The notes: generated from the letters alone by a model not told the origin. DNA of 63,551 nucleotides, filler included, from Octopus bimaculoides (GCF_001194135.2; 6 parts of 6 records of this genome joined end to end with filler, not necessarily neighbours in it), one strand, 5' to 3'; shown: positions 1-13,331, counted from the first letter of the whole stretch. Numbers and translations: made by a program.

Positions 1-99
1 ATAGATAGATAGATAGATAGATACATACATACATACATACATACATACATACATAGGAGCGACGAATCAACAACTGACATAAAGTCTATGGAATTAGCA

Positions 100-440
100 T
101 AGCGAATGTCACTCACACCTTAAGATGCAGTACAAAAGTGTTCTCACGGTATTGCGTCTCAAATACTAAGTTGTGTCTAGAATATGACACAAAGAAATCC
201 ATAGATAGGACAATGCTCAAGATGCATACATGGGAAGCTACTAGAGTGGGAAGTGCAAAATTACGCATAATATGAAAGAATACTGTTGAAATGTTCCTGT
301 GAAAGCTTAAATAAAAATAGAGTTTCATAAGTCCAGATATAATAATGTGGGAACGAGAAAAATACTTAGGAATAGTCACTGAATATCCACCAGATATCAA
401 TATAACGTCAGAAGTTAATGTAATTATTTTTCAAAGAGGA
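100..440 (+). mobile_element. Decayed 3' fragment of a non-LTR retrotransposon with restriction-like endonuclease (R4/Dong-like)
   Basis: Manual + strand translation with stops and frameshifts gives KEYC*NVPVK and SPDIIMWEREKYLGIVTEYPPDINIT, resembling the xPDIxxWD...PxDINIT RLE motif. Confidence 0.5.
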
Positions 441-1659
441 TATTTTGAAAGATTAAAGGAAATAGCAGGTAATATGTAATGCAAAAATATGTTTCCTTGA
501 AGACCATTTAACAGGGAGTACACTGGTGGTAAAAGTCTCCAAGAATGTGTATGCTGTTGCCTTTGAATCTACCGAGAGCAATAAAGCTGCGCCTGCACAA
601 GTGGGGGAATAGGATAGTTTCTGCGTTGCATATATAGACGTTTAGCTCATATTCGTATATATAGATGTTAAGAGCATATAAGTGTATCTACATGTTAAGG
701 GAAAACATATACTTATATNNNNNNNNNNNNNNNNNNNNNNNNNNNNNNNNNNNNNNNNNNNNNNNNNNNNNNNNNNNNNNNNNNNNNNNNNNNNNNNNNN
801 NNNNNNNNNNNNNNNNNNNNNNNNNNNNNNNNNNNNNNNNNNNNNNNNNNNNNNNNNNNNNNNNNNNNNNNNNNNNNNNNNNNNNNNNNNNNNNNNNNNN
901 NNNNNNNNNNNNNNNNNNNNNNNNNNNNNNNNNNNNNNNNNNNNNNNNNNNNNNNNNNNNNNNNNNNNNNNNNNNNNNNNNNNNNNNNNNNNNNNNNNNN
1001 NNNNNNNNNNNNNNNNNNNNNNNNNNNNNNNNNNNNNNNNNNNNNNNNNNNNNNNNNNNNNNNNNNNNNNNNNNNNNNNNNNNNNNNNNNNNNNNNNNNN
1101 NNNNNNNNNNNNNNNNNNNNNNNNNNNNNNNNNNNNNNNNNNNNNNNNNNNNNNNNNNNNNNNNNNNNNNNNNNNNNNNNNNNNNNNNNNNNNNNNNNNN
1201 NNNNNNNNNNNNNNNNNNNNNNNNNNNNNNNNNNNNNNNNNNNNNNNNNNNNNNNNNNNNNNNNNNNNNNNNNNNNNNNNNNNNNNNNNNNNNNNNNNNN
1301 NNNNNNNNNNNNNNNNNNNNNNNNNNNNNNNNNNNNNNNNNNNNNNNNNNNNNNNNNNNNNNNNNNNNNNNNNNNNNNNNNNNNNNNNNNNNNNNNNNNN
1401 NNNNNNNNNNNNNNNNNNNNNNNNNNNNNNNNNNNNNNNNNNNNNNNNNNNNNNNNNNNNNNNNNNNNNNNNNNNNNNNNNNNNNNNNNNNNNNNNNNNN
1501 NNNNNNNNNNNNNNNNNNNNNNNNNNNNNNNNNNNNNNNNNNNNNNNNNNNNNNNNNNNNNNNNNNNNNNNNNNNNNNNNNNNNNNNNNNNNNNNNNNNN
1601 NNNNNNNNNNNNNNNNNNNNNNNNNNNNNNNNNNNNNNNNNNNNNNNNNNNNNNNNNNN

Positions 1660-1694
<35 letters not shown>

Positions 1695-1739
1695 CATATT
1701 AGATATAGAGAGATAGACAGACAGATAGATAGATAGAGG

Positions 1740-1792
<53 letters not shown>

Positions 1793-1811
1793 ATAATAAC
1801 GGTTTAAATAT

Positions 1812-2016
1812 TTTGGCATAAGGCCAGCAATTTCATGGAAGGGGGTTAGATGATTACATCATCTCCAATATTCAACTGGTACTAATTTTATTGACACCCA
1901 AAAGGATGAAAAGCAAAGTCAAACCCGAGGGACTTTGAGTCCAGTGCGTAAAGACGGACGAAATGCCGGCAGCCATTTTGCCTGGCATGCTAACGATTCT
2001 GTCAGCTCGCCGCCTT
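1812..2016 (-). mobile_element. tRNA-headed SINE, family A (my label)
   Basis: Reverse complement starts AAGGCGGCGAGCTGACAGAATCGTTAGCATGCCAGG and carries the degenerate CTTTCATCCTTT-GGG-TC-ATAAA--AGTACCAG core shared with many copies here. Confidence 0.85.
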
Positions 2017-2379
2017 CCAACTTAAAGAAAGTCTCTCCTTTCCAACATAAAGAAGTCGATGAGAGTTTAACTGAAATGGAAAGTGTCTTTTTTCAATCCT
2101 TTCATTTTCGTCCGCCTCAGAACCTCTTTCGCAAGAGCCACCAGACTCGGGAACATCACCTGCCCTGCCTTGTTAAAAGAGGACGGAGGGGCAAATCTAA
2201 CAATGGATTCGGCCGATAGTCGGATTCATCCCCGACACGATAACAGCTATTCCTCATAACTCCACAAGTCACCTTGAACGATAGGTCTTGTTCGGGTCAT
2301 AACATGTGTATGTAAAACGGTTTCGTGACTCTGCGAATATCTCGGACAGTCCGCCTGTCTACTAAAGATAGATGGCCTG

Positions 2380-2553
2380 GAATTTTGTGGGAGGGACCTA
2401 GTCGATTACATCGACCCCTGTGTTTCACTAGCACTTAATTTATCGAATCCGAAAGAACGAAAGGCACAGTCGACCACGACAGTATTTGAACTCAGAACGT
2501 CAAGGCGAAAGAATTGCCTCTAAGCAATTCGCCCGACGAGCAAACGATTCTGC
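2380..2553 (-). mobile_element. SINE family A, diverged
   Basis: TTTGAACTCAGAACG (B-box region) and GTCGATTACATCGACCCC match other family A copies. Confidence 0.75.
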
Positions 2554-3907
2554 GACGTGGACCGCAAGTCAATCAAGACAATAGAAAGATAAAGGATATG
2601 AGGATTTACATAAAACGTAAAAATATCAAAACGCAAAGACAATTAACGCCGTAACACAGAACCTGAAAACATGTGGTTCGGAAGCAAATTTCTTAGCAAC
2701 ACTGATACGCAGATAAGTAATTTCCCCAAGAGAGAGAAATACCGCCAAGGGGCAAGGGAGAAACCCTACGGACTCTAGTCACACTGCTCACTAGGTGTAC
2801 CATAGCAAGTAGTGTATCTGTCTCCTCTACACATTTCAGAAATTAAGAAATTACCATTTACTGATAGCTACTCTTTTAGCTCTCACACTCTTTCTTATCC
2901 GTTTGTTTTTCTCTCTCCTGGAAGATATTGCTTGTAATTCGACACGGAATGGCAAAGGATCCACCATGTCTAAAGAGTGTGCAAGACACAACTTATTTCG
3001 TGACGGTGCTCCTTCGATTCTATCAAGTAGATGAAATCTTCTAGGTGAATGCAAGGGTATGGCATATGTATGTTTGAATCGTATCCCAAAATAAGATGTT
3101 TTATGTGGTGTAAATTTTTAAGTAATTTCTGTTGTCCTATGCTGTTTGGAGTTTAGGAAATTACTAGTTCTCCTAAGTCTCTCCAATATATTAAGGCTAT
3201 GTGAAATATATGAATTTTACTACTAATAACATATTTCTCTTTCTGATAATCGGGACTGTACTGAATTTCTCTATCGATCAACTGGAAACGAAGGAGATCG
3301 TTGTCAGCACACCTTTTTCTCATTATTGAGGTATTTATCGAGATAAGATGCTAACTAGGTAGTGTTTCATTTTATATATCGTGTATTATTGTTGTGCCAA
3401 CAATTTACAGTACAGACGATGACTTTATGATTGTCTTCATTGATAATATCGAGATCAACTTTAATGGAGGCCACTTTGGAGAAAATTCTTTTCATCAAAC
3501 AATAGACCAATAAAGGAACCAATAACAATAACATTGGTTTTGAGTCAAATAAGAGCATTTTGGTTTTCATTTTCTCAAAGGCCTAATTTTCTTCAGTAAC
3601 CCTTTCATTTTTTATGAAAGTCTTCAAGCGTTACGGAAGAAATCACGCGTGTGTGTGCGGTGCGTGCGTGCGTGTGTGCGTGTGTGCGCGTGCGTGTACG
3701 TGCATGTGTTTTGCTTTACGGATATAAGTTATGAGTTATTGATATCGATAGTTGAGTGCTATTGATGCTAGAAGTCTTTTAGTCAATTAAGTTATTTGTT
3801 TATTCCTTTAACTTTTCAAATGCGGCAATTTTACCCCTTCAGGATTTTATTTGGAATTTTGCTCTGAAGACTCTTGTCACTAAATTGTGAGCGTACATTG
3901 GAAAATA

Positions 3908-4098
3908 TTGGTTTCAAATTTGACACAAGGCCAACAACTTCAGGGAGGGAGTAAATCAATTACATCAACTCCACAGTTCAAGTGGTACATCATTTATCGA
4001 TCCCAAAAGTATGAAAGGCGAAGTCAACCTCAGCAGAATTTCAACTCAGAACGTAGAACCGGACGAAATGCCACGAAGGAGCTTGCCCAGCGTACTAC
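3908..4098 (-). mobile_element. SINE family A
   Basis: TATCGATCCCAAAAGTATGAAAGGCGAAGTCAACCTCAGCAGAATTTCAACTCAGAACG matches the family core. Confidence 0.8.
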
Positions 4099-5913
4099 AT
4101 TTGACAAATATTGCGCTGAAACATCTCCCACTCTGGTTTCCTACCTAAAAAGATAGTATGTATATGTATATGTGTTGTATTTATGTGATATACACTCAAA
4201 CACTTGCATAGAGCTATACAGTCATAACCGTCATTAAACTCACATTCAGGCGAGTGTGTTTCAAAAGTGCTGATAACCTCTTCACTCTTGGACTTTAATC
4301 ACTAATTAAATCAAGTTTGAATTTATATTAATAAGATTGTAAAACATCGGTAGTTTAATGTATTTGTTATTTGTAGTATTATCAAAAATGGTCGTGGATT
4401 GACAGAACCGTCCAGGAAACCTAATAAAGTATCTTAATTATTTCTTTTGGTACTTTATGTTCTGTGTTCAGCCACGATTCAGACGCGATTAATTTTTAAT
4501 TTTCACCGCTCTAGGGTCGATAAAATAATAAACTAGATCATAATGGAGTGGACAGTATTGATTTTGATGAGCGTAACTTAAAAATATTATCACTATTCTT
4601 ACTAAACGGTTATAGCGTTCTTTGTTTCGCGTCTTTATGTTCCTATCGAGTTCAGCTTTACATGTCATACTTTCCGGGTCGATAAAATAAAGTACCAGAA
4701 AATTACTCTTCCTCCTGCTCGCCTTGTGCATAAATAAGAAGTTAAATATTTACATGTTCACTTTCCCCTACACCACCTGTCTTCGTGATTTTTTTTGTGA
4801 ATTCTCCCTATACACACACACACACACACACACANNNNNNNNNNNNNNNNNNNNNNNNNNNNNNNNNNNNNNNNNNNNNNNNNNNNNNNNNNNNNNNNNN
4901 NNNNNNNNNNNNNNNNNNNNNNNNNNNNNNNNNNNNNNNNNNNNNNNNNNNNNNNNNNNNNNNNNNNATATATATATATATATATAGGCGAGCATCTTCA
5001 GTTTTCCTCTGCCCAGAAAGCTTTGCTGGGCCTGCAGGCTATTGTAGACCTCACTAGGCCACGATGCTACGCCGTAACACAGAACCTGAAAACATGTGGT
5101 TCGGAAGCAAATTTCTTAGCAACACAGATAAGCAGATATATTGATCGATACATAGCTATGTAGCTAGCTAGCTAGATAGATAGATAGATAGACAGACATA
5201 CAGACAGACAGACAAACAGACAGAGATGCAGTTCCTATTGATATCTCAATATTGTTAATAATGTTACTTACACTGATAATGTCGATTATACAAAAAAAGC
5301 TATATAATAGATTTCGATGTCCAATAAGAGAGTTCCCATCGACAGTTTCAATACTGTTATTTGTATTAACTTCAAGAAACAGCTTTCTTTATACTCTTCA
5401 GAACTGCTTTCCGAAAATGCAATTAATTTCCTAGCTGTGTAGTTTGTCTGTTTATCTCTCTCACTCATCATCTTCTCTTCTTTATCTTTATTCCATTTAC
5501 CTAGAAACTTATAAATACCCTAGAGTTTAATTCCTATTTTACTTGATATCGGCCTTTCATTTTTCTGTGCATCATTAAATCTTGCCATTCTAACAGATTT
5601 TTTTTTCTAGGGAGCATATTATCCTGTATTTCGAGTAGATTCACTAAAGTCTTCAATCAGAGATTTTGTCTGCTTGGCATGAATGTATGCATTTTATCAT
5701 TTATACGTATTATAAAGAATACTTTTCTTTCTTCAAATTTCTCCACCCACTGAAGCCGTAATGGAAGACTTTCTTTTTTCCTTTTCCTCCCTGCATAATA
5801 AATTACGTACCAATGTACCCTTCACATTCAACATATCCATGATTTTAGGAGAGTTGATAAATTGAAAGCTTTTTACTTCTATTTATACATATATTGCTTT
5901 AACATCTATATAT

Positions 5914-6184
5914 ATTCTGTAAATAATAATCATATTATAAAAGCTTAAAGTTTATAAGCGATTACCGTGTATTGACTAAAGAAAATAATCTTATACTGGG
6001 ACATATAAACCCGCGAAGGAAAACGTGCTGGTTTTCCGTACGCTTATTGTGAATATATAGGGCTGTGGATTCAAATTTCCTGAATACCCTATTTTTGCCG
6101 TCGGGGGCTTATTAGACAATTTTCTGTTCTCAATACACGGCGATCGATTATAAGCTTTAAGCTTATAAATATTATTTACAGAAT
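5914..6184. repeat. Imperfect inverted repeat, MITE-like foldback
   Basis: 5914-5992 is a degenerate reverse complement of 6111-6184 (ATTCTGTAAATAATA, AAGCTTAAAG and CCGTGTATTGA blocks shared). Confidence 0.7.
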
Positions 6185-6221
6185 TGTCAACCATTACCGC
6201 TTCTCAATTCATCGCGAAAAA

Positions 6222-6299
<78 letters not shown>

Positions 6300-6300
6300 T

Positions 6301-6353
<53 letters not shown>

Positions 6354-6476
6354 TCCTGCTTGCTTGTCTGTCTCAGTCTTTTTCTCCATCGCTTTCTCAA
6401 TAAATATGTACGTACACATATGCACTCATATGTGTATTGTTTCGCAAAGATATTTGAATATTTGTTAGAAATTAGA

Positions 6477-6509
<33 letters not shown>

Positions 6510-6578
6510 NNNNNNNNNNNNNNNNNNNNNNNNNNNNNNNNNNNNNNNNNNNNNNNNNNNNNNNNNNNNNNNNNNNNN

Positions 6579-6780
6579 CCCCCCAACATCGCTTGACAAC
6601 CGATGCTGTTGTGTTTAAGTCCCCGTAACTTAACGGTTCGGCAAAAGAGACTGATATAATAAGTACTAGGCTTACAAGGAATAAGTCCTGGGGTCGATTT
6701 TCTCGACTAAAGGCAGTGCTCCAGCACGGGCACAGTCAAATGATTGAAACAAGTAAACGAGTAAAAAGAGAGTAAAGAGT
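6579..6780 (+). mobile_element. SINE family D, 3' half after a gap
   Basis: CCCCAACATCGCTTGACAACCGATGCTG...CCCCGTAACTTAACGGTTCGGCAAAAGAGA...GAAACAAGTAAA, collinear with the full copy at 33153. Confidence 0.9.
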
Positions 6781-6783
6781 AAT

Positions 6784-6814
<31 letters not shown>

Positions 6815-7690
6815 CACACTCACACACACATATATATATATATGTGCTGCACGAAGGTCTCTCATTGAATAGGTCGCAGTTTCAAAGCGACGAAAATATT
6901 TTGACACAAATTAGATTTAAATGTTAAAGTGAATCTAATTTGTGTGTTTTTACATGGCTTATAAATACCTTCTGCGCTGCAATTGTCTGTATAAATATCG
7001 TGAAGTATATTTGCCACGTAAATATGGCAAAATACTATGTCCTTTTTCCTGTGACAAACTGTAGCTGATCTCGAATTTATATATATATATTTTTTCTTTT
7101 TCACGTCTGGCCGCATAGCCTTTTCCGTTTGTTTTCCTGTCTTGTTTTCTTTTCCGCTTGTTTTTCTGTCTTGTTTTTTGTCCGCCACTACATTCCTCCA
7201 TGGCACAGGTTTAATTTCTGTATACAAATTTAATTTGCGGTCCATGGGAAGAGCCGTTTTAACGATGCGTACTGCCCAACTCTTCGAAACGCCGGTGTTA
7301 AAACGGGGGTAGCTGATGAAGGAAAATGTTCTCTATGTGGCCTGTGTGTTTTCTGTACTCTGGTTATTATTATTTTCTTGTCTACGTTTTGTTTGCAATG
7401 TCCTGTACCCAGATATGCACCTATATATACAGGTAGACGTAGGTATGCACATACCTGTACGTATATATGCATATACTCATTTATTATTTGTTTATATATA
7501 TNNNNNNNNNNNNNNNNNNNNNNNNNNNNNNNNNNNNNNNNNNNNNNNNNNNNNNNNNNNNNNNNNNNNNNNNNNNNNNNNNNNNNNNNNNNNNNNNNNN
7601 NNNNNNNNNNNNNNNNNNNNNNNNNNNNNNNNNNNNNNNNNNNNNNNNNNNNNNNNNNNNNNNNNNNNNNNNNNNNNNNNNNNNNNNNNN

Positions 7691-7728
<38 letters not shown>

Positions 7729-9325
7729 ACAGTAATGGCAACAAAAGAAAGAAAGAGACCTTATCATACACGTACGCATTGAGATATGTGCGTGCGTGTG
7801 TGATATACGCAGTTTTAGACGCGTTTTGTCACTACACAGTAATTTCCCTTTGTTTTTAACGGTCATTTTTCAAAGGAATTCTCAATGGCTGGATAACTGT
7901 ATATACATTATGGAATATGTACAGTGTACTTCAGGAATGCATTCCACACATGTTTATTTAACGTATCTCCTTTTGAAGTTAGGCCTTTGGTGACGGTGTC
8001 ACCATGGAAACAAAAACAAATTTATACCATTCTTTTTCAATTACCTTCATGATTTGAATTGATGTACATCTTTCGTTTGCTGCTGAGACATTTGTCAAGC
8101 TGTAAAATGTTGAAGATCTTTTTTGCTTCACTCAGTATATACGTGTGCTGGTGTTTGTGTGTGTGTGTGTGTGTTTACGCGTGTGTGAACAAGTAAGTGT
8201 GTGTGTGTGTGTGCGCGACATATACCTATACACATAGGAAACACTTAAAGAAACACAAGCAGATTCCTGGTAAATTTTGTGCGTGACATTAAGAACGTGT
8301 GGTGTTTATGGTGTATATGAGCATGCGCACATGTGTTATAAAAAGTTTTCAGACTATATAGGCAATATTTTAGTCTACTTTGACCAAAGGGGCAATACCT
8401 ATAGAATAAGTCTTCTCTCTTAACTGTTAACTCACATACACAAAGGCATATACTATATATACGTATGTATGCATACATACGTATATACTTAAATGCATTT
8501 GAAACACACGCCTGCTACATAATGAATGTGGAAAGAGTGAGAGTGAGAGGTGAAAAATGAAAGAATAAAAACCACACACACTTAAATAAACACACATACA
8601 ATATAATCTATAGAAGAACAATAAGAAAACTACACGTCGTCAACATGGCGATTACGAGCACAGCCACCTCCCATACATCGCACGACGACGACCACTACCA
8701 CCAAGNNNNNNNNNNNNNNNNNNNNNNNNNNNNNNNNNNNNNNNNNNNNNNNNNNNNNNNNNNNNNNNNNNNNNNNNNNNNNNNNNNNNNNNNNNNNNNN
8801 NNNNNNNNNNNNNNNNNNNNNNNNNNNNNNNNNNNNNNNNNNNNNNNNNNNNNNNNNNNNNNNNNNNNNNNNNNNNNNNNNNNNNNNNNNNNNNNNNNNN
8901 NNNNNNNNNNNNNNNNNNNNNNNNNNNNNNNNNNNNNNNNNNNNNNNNNNNNNNNNNNNNNNNNNNNNNNNNNNNNNNNNNNNNNNNNNNNNNNNNNNNN
9001 NNNNNNNNNNNNNNNNNNNNNNNNNNNNNNNNNNNNNNNNNNNNNNNNNNNNNNNNNNNNNNNNNNNNNNNNNNNNNNNNNNNNNNNNNNNNNNNNNNNN
9101 NNNNNNNNNNNNNNNNNNNNNNNNNNNNNNNNNNNNNNNNNNNNNNNNNNNNNNNNNNNNNNNNNNNNCACACACACACACACACACACACATATATGTC
9201 TGTGTGTGTTGAACATAAATAAATATTAATAAGTATAAAGGATGTGTTAAGGTAAGAACATAGATAGATAGATAGATAGATAGATATACAGATATACAGA
9301 TAGATAGATAGATAGATAGATATAC

Positions 9326-9382
<57 letters not shown>

Positions 9383-9890
9383 TATAGATAGATATACAGA
9401 TAGGTGCAACCATGCAAACAGTGATACATACAAAGATATTCGCAAACATATACATATGTATTTCATTTTATAGGAAAGGCGATACGGTAAAACGAGGTAC
9501 GAGGTCAAAGAGTGCAAAGTATTATTTTTTAATTTGTACTTCATCATCATCATCATCATCATCATCGTCAACATCATCATCATCATTATTAATTTGAAAT
9601 TGTTTTGTTTTTTTTGTCTGCATGCTACATATGAGTACGATGCCGATCTTCTGACAGACACGTTGTACGTGCAACAGGTTTAAAACACGCTATGTTCCCC
9701 GCTACCTACCCTATCCCTGTTTTGAAATACAATCTACACCACCCATCTCCTATGTCTGCTCCGGGGAAACTATTATTATAATCAGGAGTCTGTGACTACG
9801 AGGCTGAAAATACAAAAATAACTTTATAATGATATACGATATTTAGAATTATTTTCAGAAAGAAGAACATTAATAACAATACCAATAGAT

Positions 9891-9924
<34 letters not shown>

Positions 9925-9941
9925 TGATGATAATAATAACC

Positions 9942-10146
9942 CTTCCTACTATAGGCACAAGGTAGGTCTGGATTTTGTGGTGAGAGGGGAAGTCGATCAC
10001 ATCGATCCCAGTATTCAATTTATCGACCCCGAAAGGTTGAAAGGCAAAATAGATCACGGCTGAATTTGAACTCAGTACGGAGCAACGGGTGAAATGCTAA
10101 TAAGCATTTCGTCCAGCGTGCTAACAATTCCACCAGCTCACCACTT
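9942..10146 (-). mobile_element. SINE family A
   Basis: TATCGACCCCGAAAGGTTGAAAGGCAAA...AATTTGAACTCAG...CGTGCTAAC...CCAGCTCACC. Confidence 0.85.
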
Positions 10147-10261
10147 TATAGTAATATTAATAATACTAATAACAGTAATAATTGTAGCATTGGGCATGAT
10201 AAAAATAAAACATGAACAAAAACGCAGAAGCAATACTTGAATCCTCAACACAACGTATCCG

Positions 10262-10688
10262 TTTCTACTCTAGGCACAAGGCACGAAATTCTGTGGGAAG
10301 CAGCCAGTCGATTAGATCGACTCCAGTAGGCAACTGGTACTTAATTTGTCAACCTCGAAAGTATGAAAGGCAAAGTCGACCTCGGCAGAATTTGAACTCA
10401 GAACGTAAAGACATACGAAACACCGCTAAGCATTTCACCTGGCGTGCTAACGTTTCTTATTTTTTTATTGCCCTCAAGGGATTAAATATAGAGGGGACAA
10501 ACAAGGACAGACAAAGGGATTAAGTCGATTGCATCAACCCCAGTGCGTAACTGGTACTTAATTTATCGACCCCGAAAGGATGAAAGGCAAAGTCGACTTC
10601 GGCGGAATTTGAGCTCAGAAAATTAAGACAGAAGAAATACCGCTAAGCATATCGCCCGGCATGCTAACGTTTCTGCGAACTCGCCGCC
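10262..10688 (-). mobile_element. Head-to-tail SINE family A dimer
   Basis: Two consecutive cores (GAAAGGCAAAGTCGAC...AATTTGAACTCAGAA) joined at GCTAACGTTTCTTATTT. Confidence 0.9.
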
Positions 10689-11089
10689 TACCTCAACACT
10701 ACATATTATCCCAAAAAATAGCTCTCCTAGAAACAGCCCATATCCTACGCAAGATACTATCAATTCAATAGTACAGCCTAGACAAAACAATCCACAACCA
10801 CGTGTCACACTCTATACAGCAAATATCCAATGAAATAAAAAAAGTACCACCAGCACACTGTATACCCAGTGCATTACACACGCACAACACACAATACAAA
10901 CACTGGTACAATAAAAGACTGCTCCACACCTCCAAAAAAAAAAAAAAGGAAAGGAAAACTGACGCAATACACATTACCGGGAAGAGATTTCCCCCTCCCA
11001 ACAACTAAGATAAACACAATGCTGCACATACCTCAGCAACACGGATGTGGAGCCGGTGATGCAGTAGAGATTTTGCCTGAAACTACGAA

Positions 11090-11125
<36 letters not shown>

Positions 11126-11330
11126 TTGATGATGATGATGATGATGATGATGACNNNNNNNNNNNNNNNNNNNNNNNNNNNNNNNNNNNNNNNNNNNNNN
11201 NNNNNNNNNNNNNNNNNNNNNNNNNNNNNNNNNNNNNNNNNNNNNNNNNNNNNNNNNNNNNNNNATAATAATAGTAACAATAATAATAATAATAATGATA
11301 ATAATAATAATAATAATAATAATAATAGTG

Positions 11331-11664
11331 AAGGCACATAGTTCAGTGGTTAGAGCGTCGAGCTTACGATTGTGAGGTTGTGAGTTCGATTCCCAGACCG
11401 GGCTGCGTGTTGTGTTCTTGAGCAAGACACTTTACTTCACGTTGTTTCAGTTCACTCAGCTGTAGAAATGAGTTGCGACGTCACAGGTGACAAGTTGTAT
11501 CGGCCCCTTTGCCTTTCCCTTGGATAACATCAGTGGCGTAGAAAGGGGAGGCTGGTATGCATGGACGACTGCTGGCCTTCCATGAACAACTTTGCCCAGA
11601 TTGTGCCTCAAAGGGTAACTTTCTTGGCGCAATCCCAAGGTCATTTATGACAGAAGAGGGTCTC
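11331..11664 (+). mobile_element. tRNA-headed SINE, family B (CORE-like central domain)
   Basis: A-box TAGTTCAGTGGTTAGAGC, B-box GAGTTCGATTCC, then TTCTTGAGCAAGACACTTTACTTCACG central block; inserted in (AAT)n. Confidence 0.85.
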
Positions 11665-11676
11665 AATAATAATAAT

Positions 11677-11707
<31 letters not shown>

Positions 11708-11712
11708 ATCTG

Positions 11713-11897
11713 AAATTTTGACACAAGGCCAGCAATTCTGGGGAAGTGGCTAAGTGGATGAGATCAACTGCTCCCTATTTTATTTTATCGATCTCGAAAG
11801 GATGAAAGGTAAAGTCAACTACGGCAGTTTTTGAACTCAGAACGTGGAGACGGACGGAATACTGCTAAGCATTTTTTCCCGGCTCAGTAACCATTCT
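11713..11897 (-). mobile_element. SINE family A
   Basis: TTTTATCGATCTCGAAAGGATGAAAGGTAAAGTCAAC...TTTGAACTCAGAACG. Confidence 0.8.
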
Positions 11898-11899
11898 TT

Positions 11900-12033
11900 C
11901 ACCTCACGCACATATGGTTGTGATGCATGTGCCTGATGTACCCTCATCTGACGGGTGTTCGAATTGTGTATATTTGGCTTCGTATATTTGTACCCCAGCG
12001 GCACTGTGATGGCAAGCGCTACTCTCTCACTCA
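11900..12033 (-). repeat. Dispersed repeat (family F), second copy at 36420-36492
   Basis: Reverse complement TGAGTGAGAGAGTAGCGCTTGCCATCACAG...AAATATACGAAGCC matches GAGTAAGAGAGCAGTGCATGCCATCAAAG...AAATATACGAAGCC at 36420. Confidence 0.65.
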
Positions 12034-12943
12034 AGAACAGCAACAACAACAATAGTACTAATAATAATCCTTTCTACTATAGGCACAATGCCCAAAATTT
12101 TGTGGCAGAATGATAGTCGATTACATCGACACCATATAATAAGGAACCACGATCTCCCGATCGTGAATGAAACACCCTAACCGCTAGATCATACGCCAGT
12201 TATAATATTACTATTATTATGAGTTATATTGTAATTTTATATATATTTTCAGTACTAATATTCTGGTAGAAATACGAACATTTTCGTGATGGTGATGATG
12301 GTAGTGATGATGAAGATGATGATGAACGTAGCAGTAATGTTGTTTGTGGTGAGAGCCGTTTAGAAGGCTGTAGCGTTATAGTTGAGTTTAATGCTGTTGT
12401 ATGTTGCTGCAGAGAGGACGAGGATGTTCTTAACAATGGTGATGATTGAAGGTTTGCTTTTGGTGTCGCAGTTGCTGCTAATGGTAGTGGTCTTAGAGGT
12501 GAAAGGAAACAGGTGCAGCTGTTGGAAAGAGCGATATCATAAAACAATATTAAGCGTAACAAAATCCATAGCAACCTAAGCACGACGTAAGAAACTTAGA
12601 GCGAGCAGGTGACCAGCAAGGTTTAACAACCAAATTTCCCTCATAACCACATTTTGTTATTATGAGATAAAAACAGAACAATATTGAATAATCTGTTCCT
12701 ATAGGAACCGTGCAAAAACCTGTTGGTAAGAACTGGAATCCTTGTGATCATTGGTATGCTGGGTCCAGTTGGTCTGGAGCTAAACATCTACAACAACAAA
12801 AACAAAAACAACAAAAGCAAGAACATACCATTCAGTAAACGTCCCATATTTGTTATGTAGATTGGCGAAATATAGTATTATGTAATTTAGAGAAGATAAA
12901 TACATTCGTTTTGCTGTATGTTACACACGGAAAGGTGTTTGCT

Positions 12944-13140
12944 GAAACGTTAGCACACTGAGCAAAATACTTAGCAGCATTTCGTCTGTGTTTACGTTCT
13001 GAGTTCAAACTCCGCCGAGGTCGACTTTGCCTTTTATACTTTCGCGGTCGATAAATTAATTACCAGTTGCATACTGGGTCGTTCTAATCGACTGGCCATC
13101 TCCTCCAAAATTTCGGGCCTTGTGCCTAGAGTCAAAAAGA
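12944..13140 (+). mobile_element. SINE family A, starts within the A-box
   Basis: AAACGTTAGCACAC...GTTCTGAGTTCAAACTCCGCCGAGGTCGACTTTGCC...GGCCTTGTGCCTAGAG. Confidence 0.9.
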
Positions 13141-13331
13141 ATATATTACCAACGAAGAAATTTATAGTAAACTGGATTGTACCGAGATTTGAACAGCTGG
13201 CAAATAAATATAATAATATATTACTTGTACAATGTAGATCTTCCGGAACGTTTGGTTCCGGTGTTCCTTTGCATATTAGTGATTTTTTTCTGAACCAGGA
13301 ACGGTCACACTTTGGTTAACAAGCTCTAAAT

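Noticed and set aside
642-1819. Long ORFs such as 642-1697, 19097-20758, 33441-34626, 36286-37573 and 52025-52931
   Set aside because: They are open only because of N gaps and stop-free microsatellites.
11331-11400. tRNA-like A/B boxes (also at 27470-27540, 33153-33220 and 44050-44115)
   Set aside because: They continue directly into SINE bodies and do not form full cloverleaves, so they are not tRNA genes.
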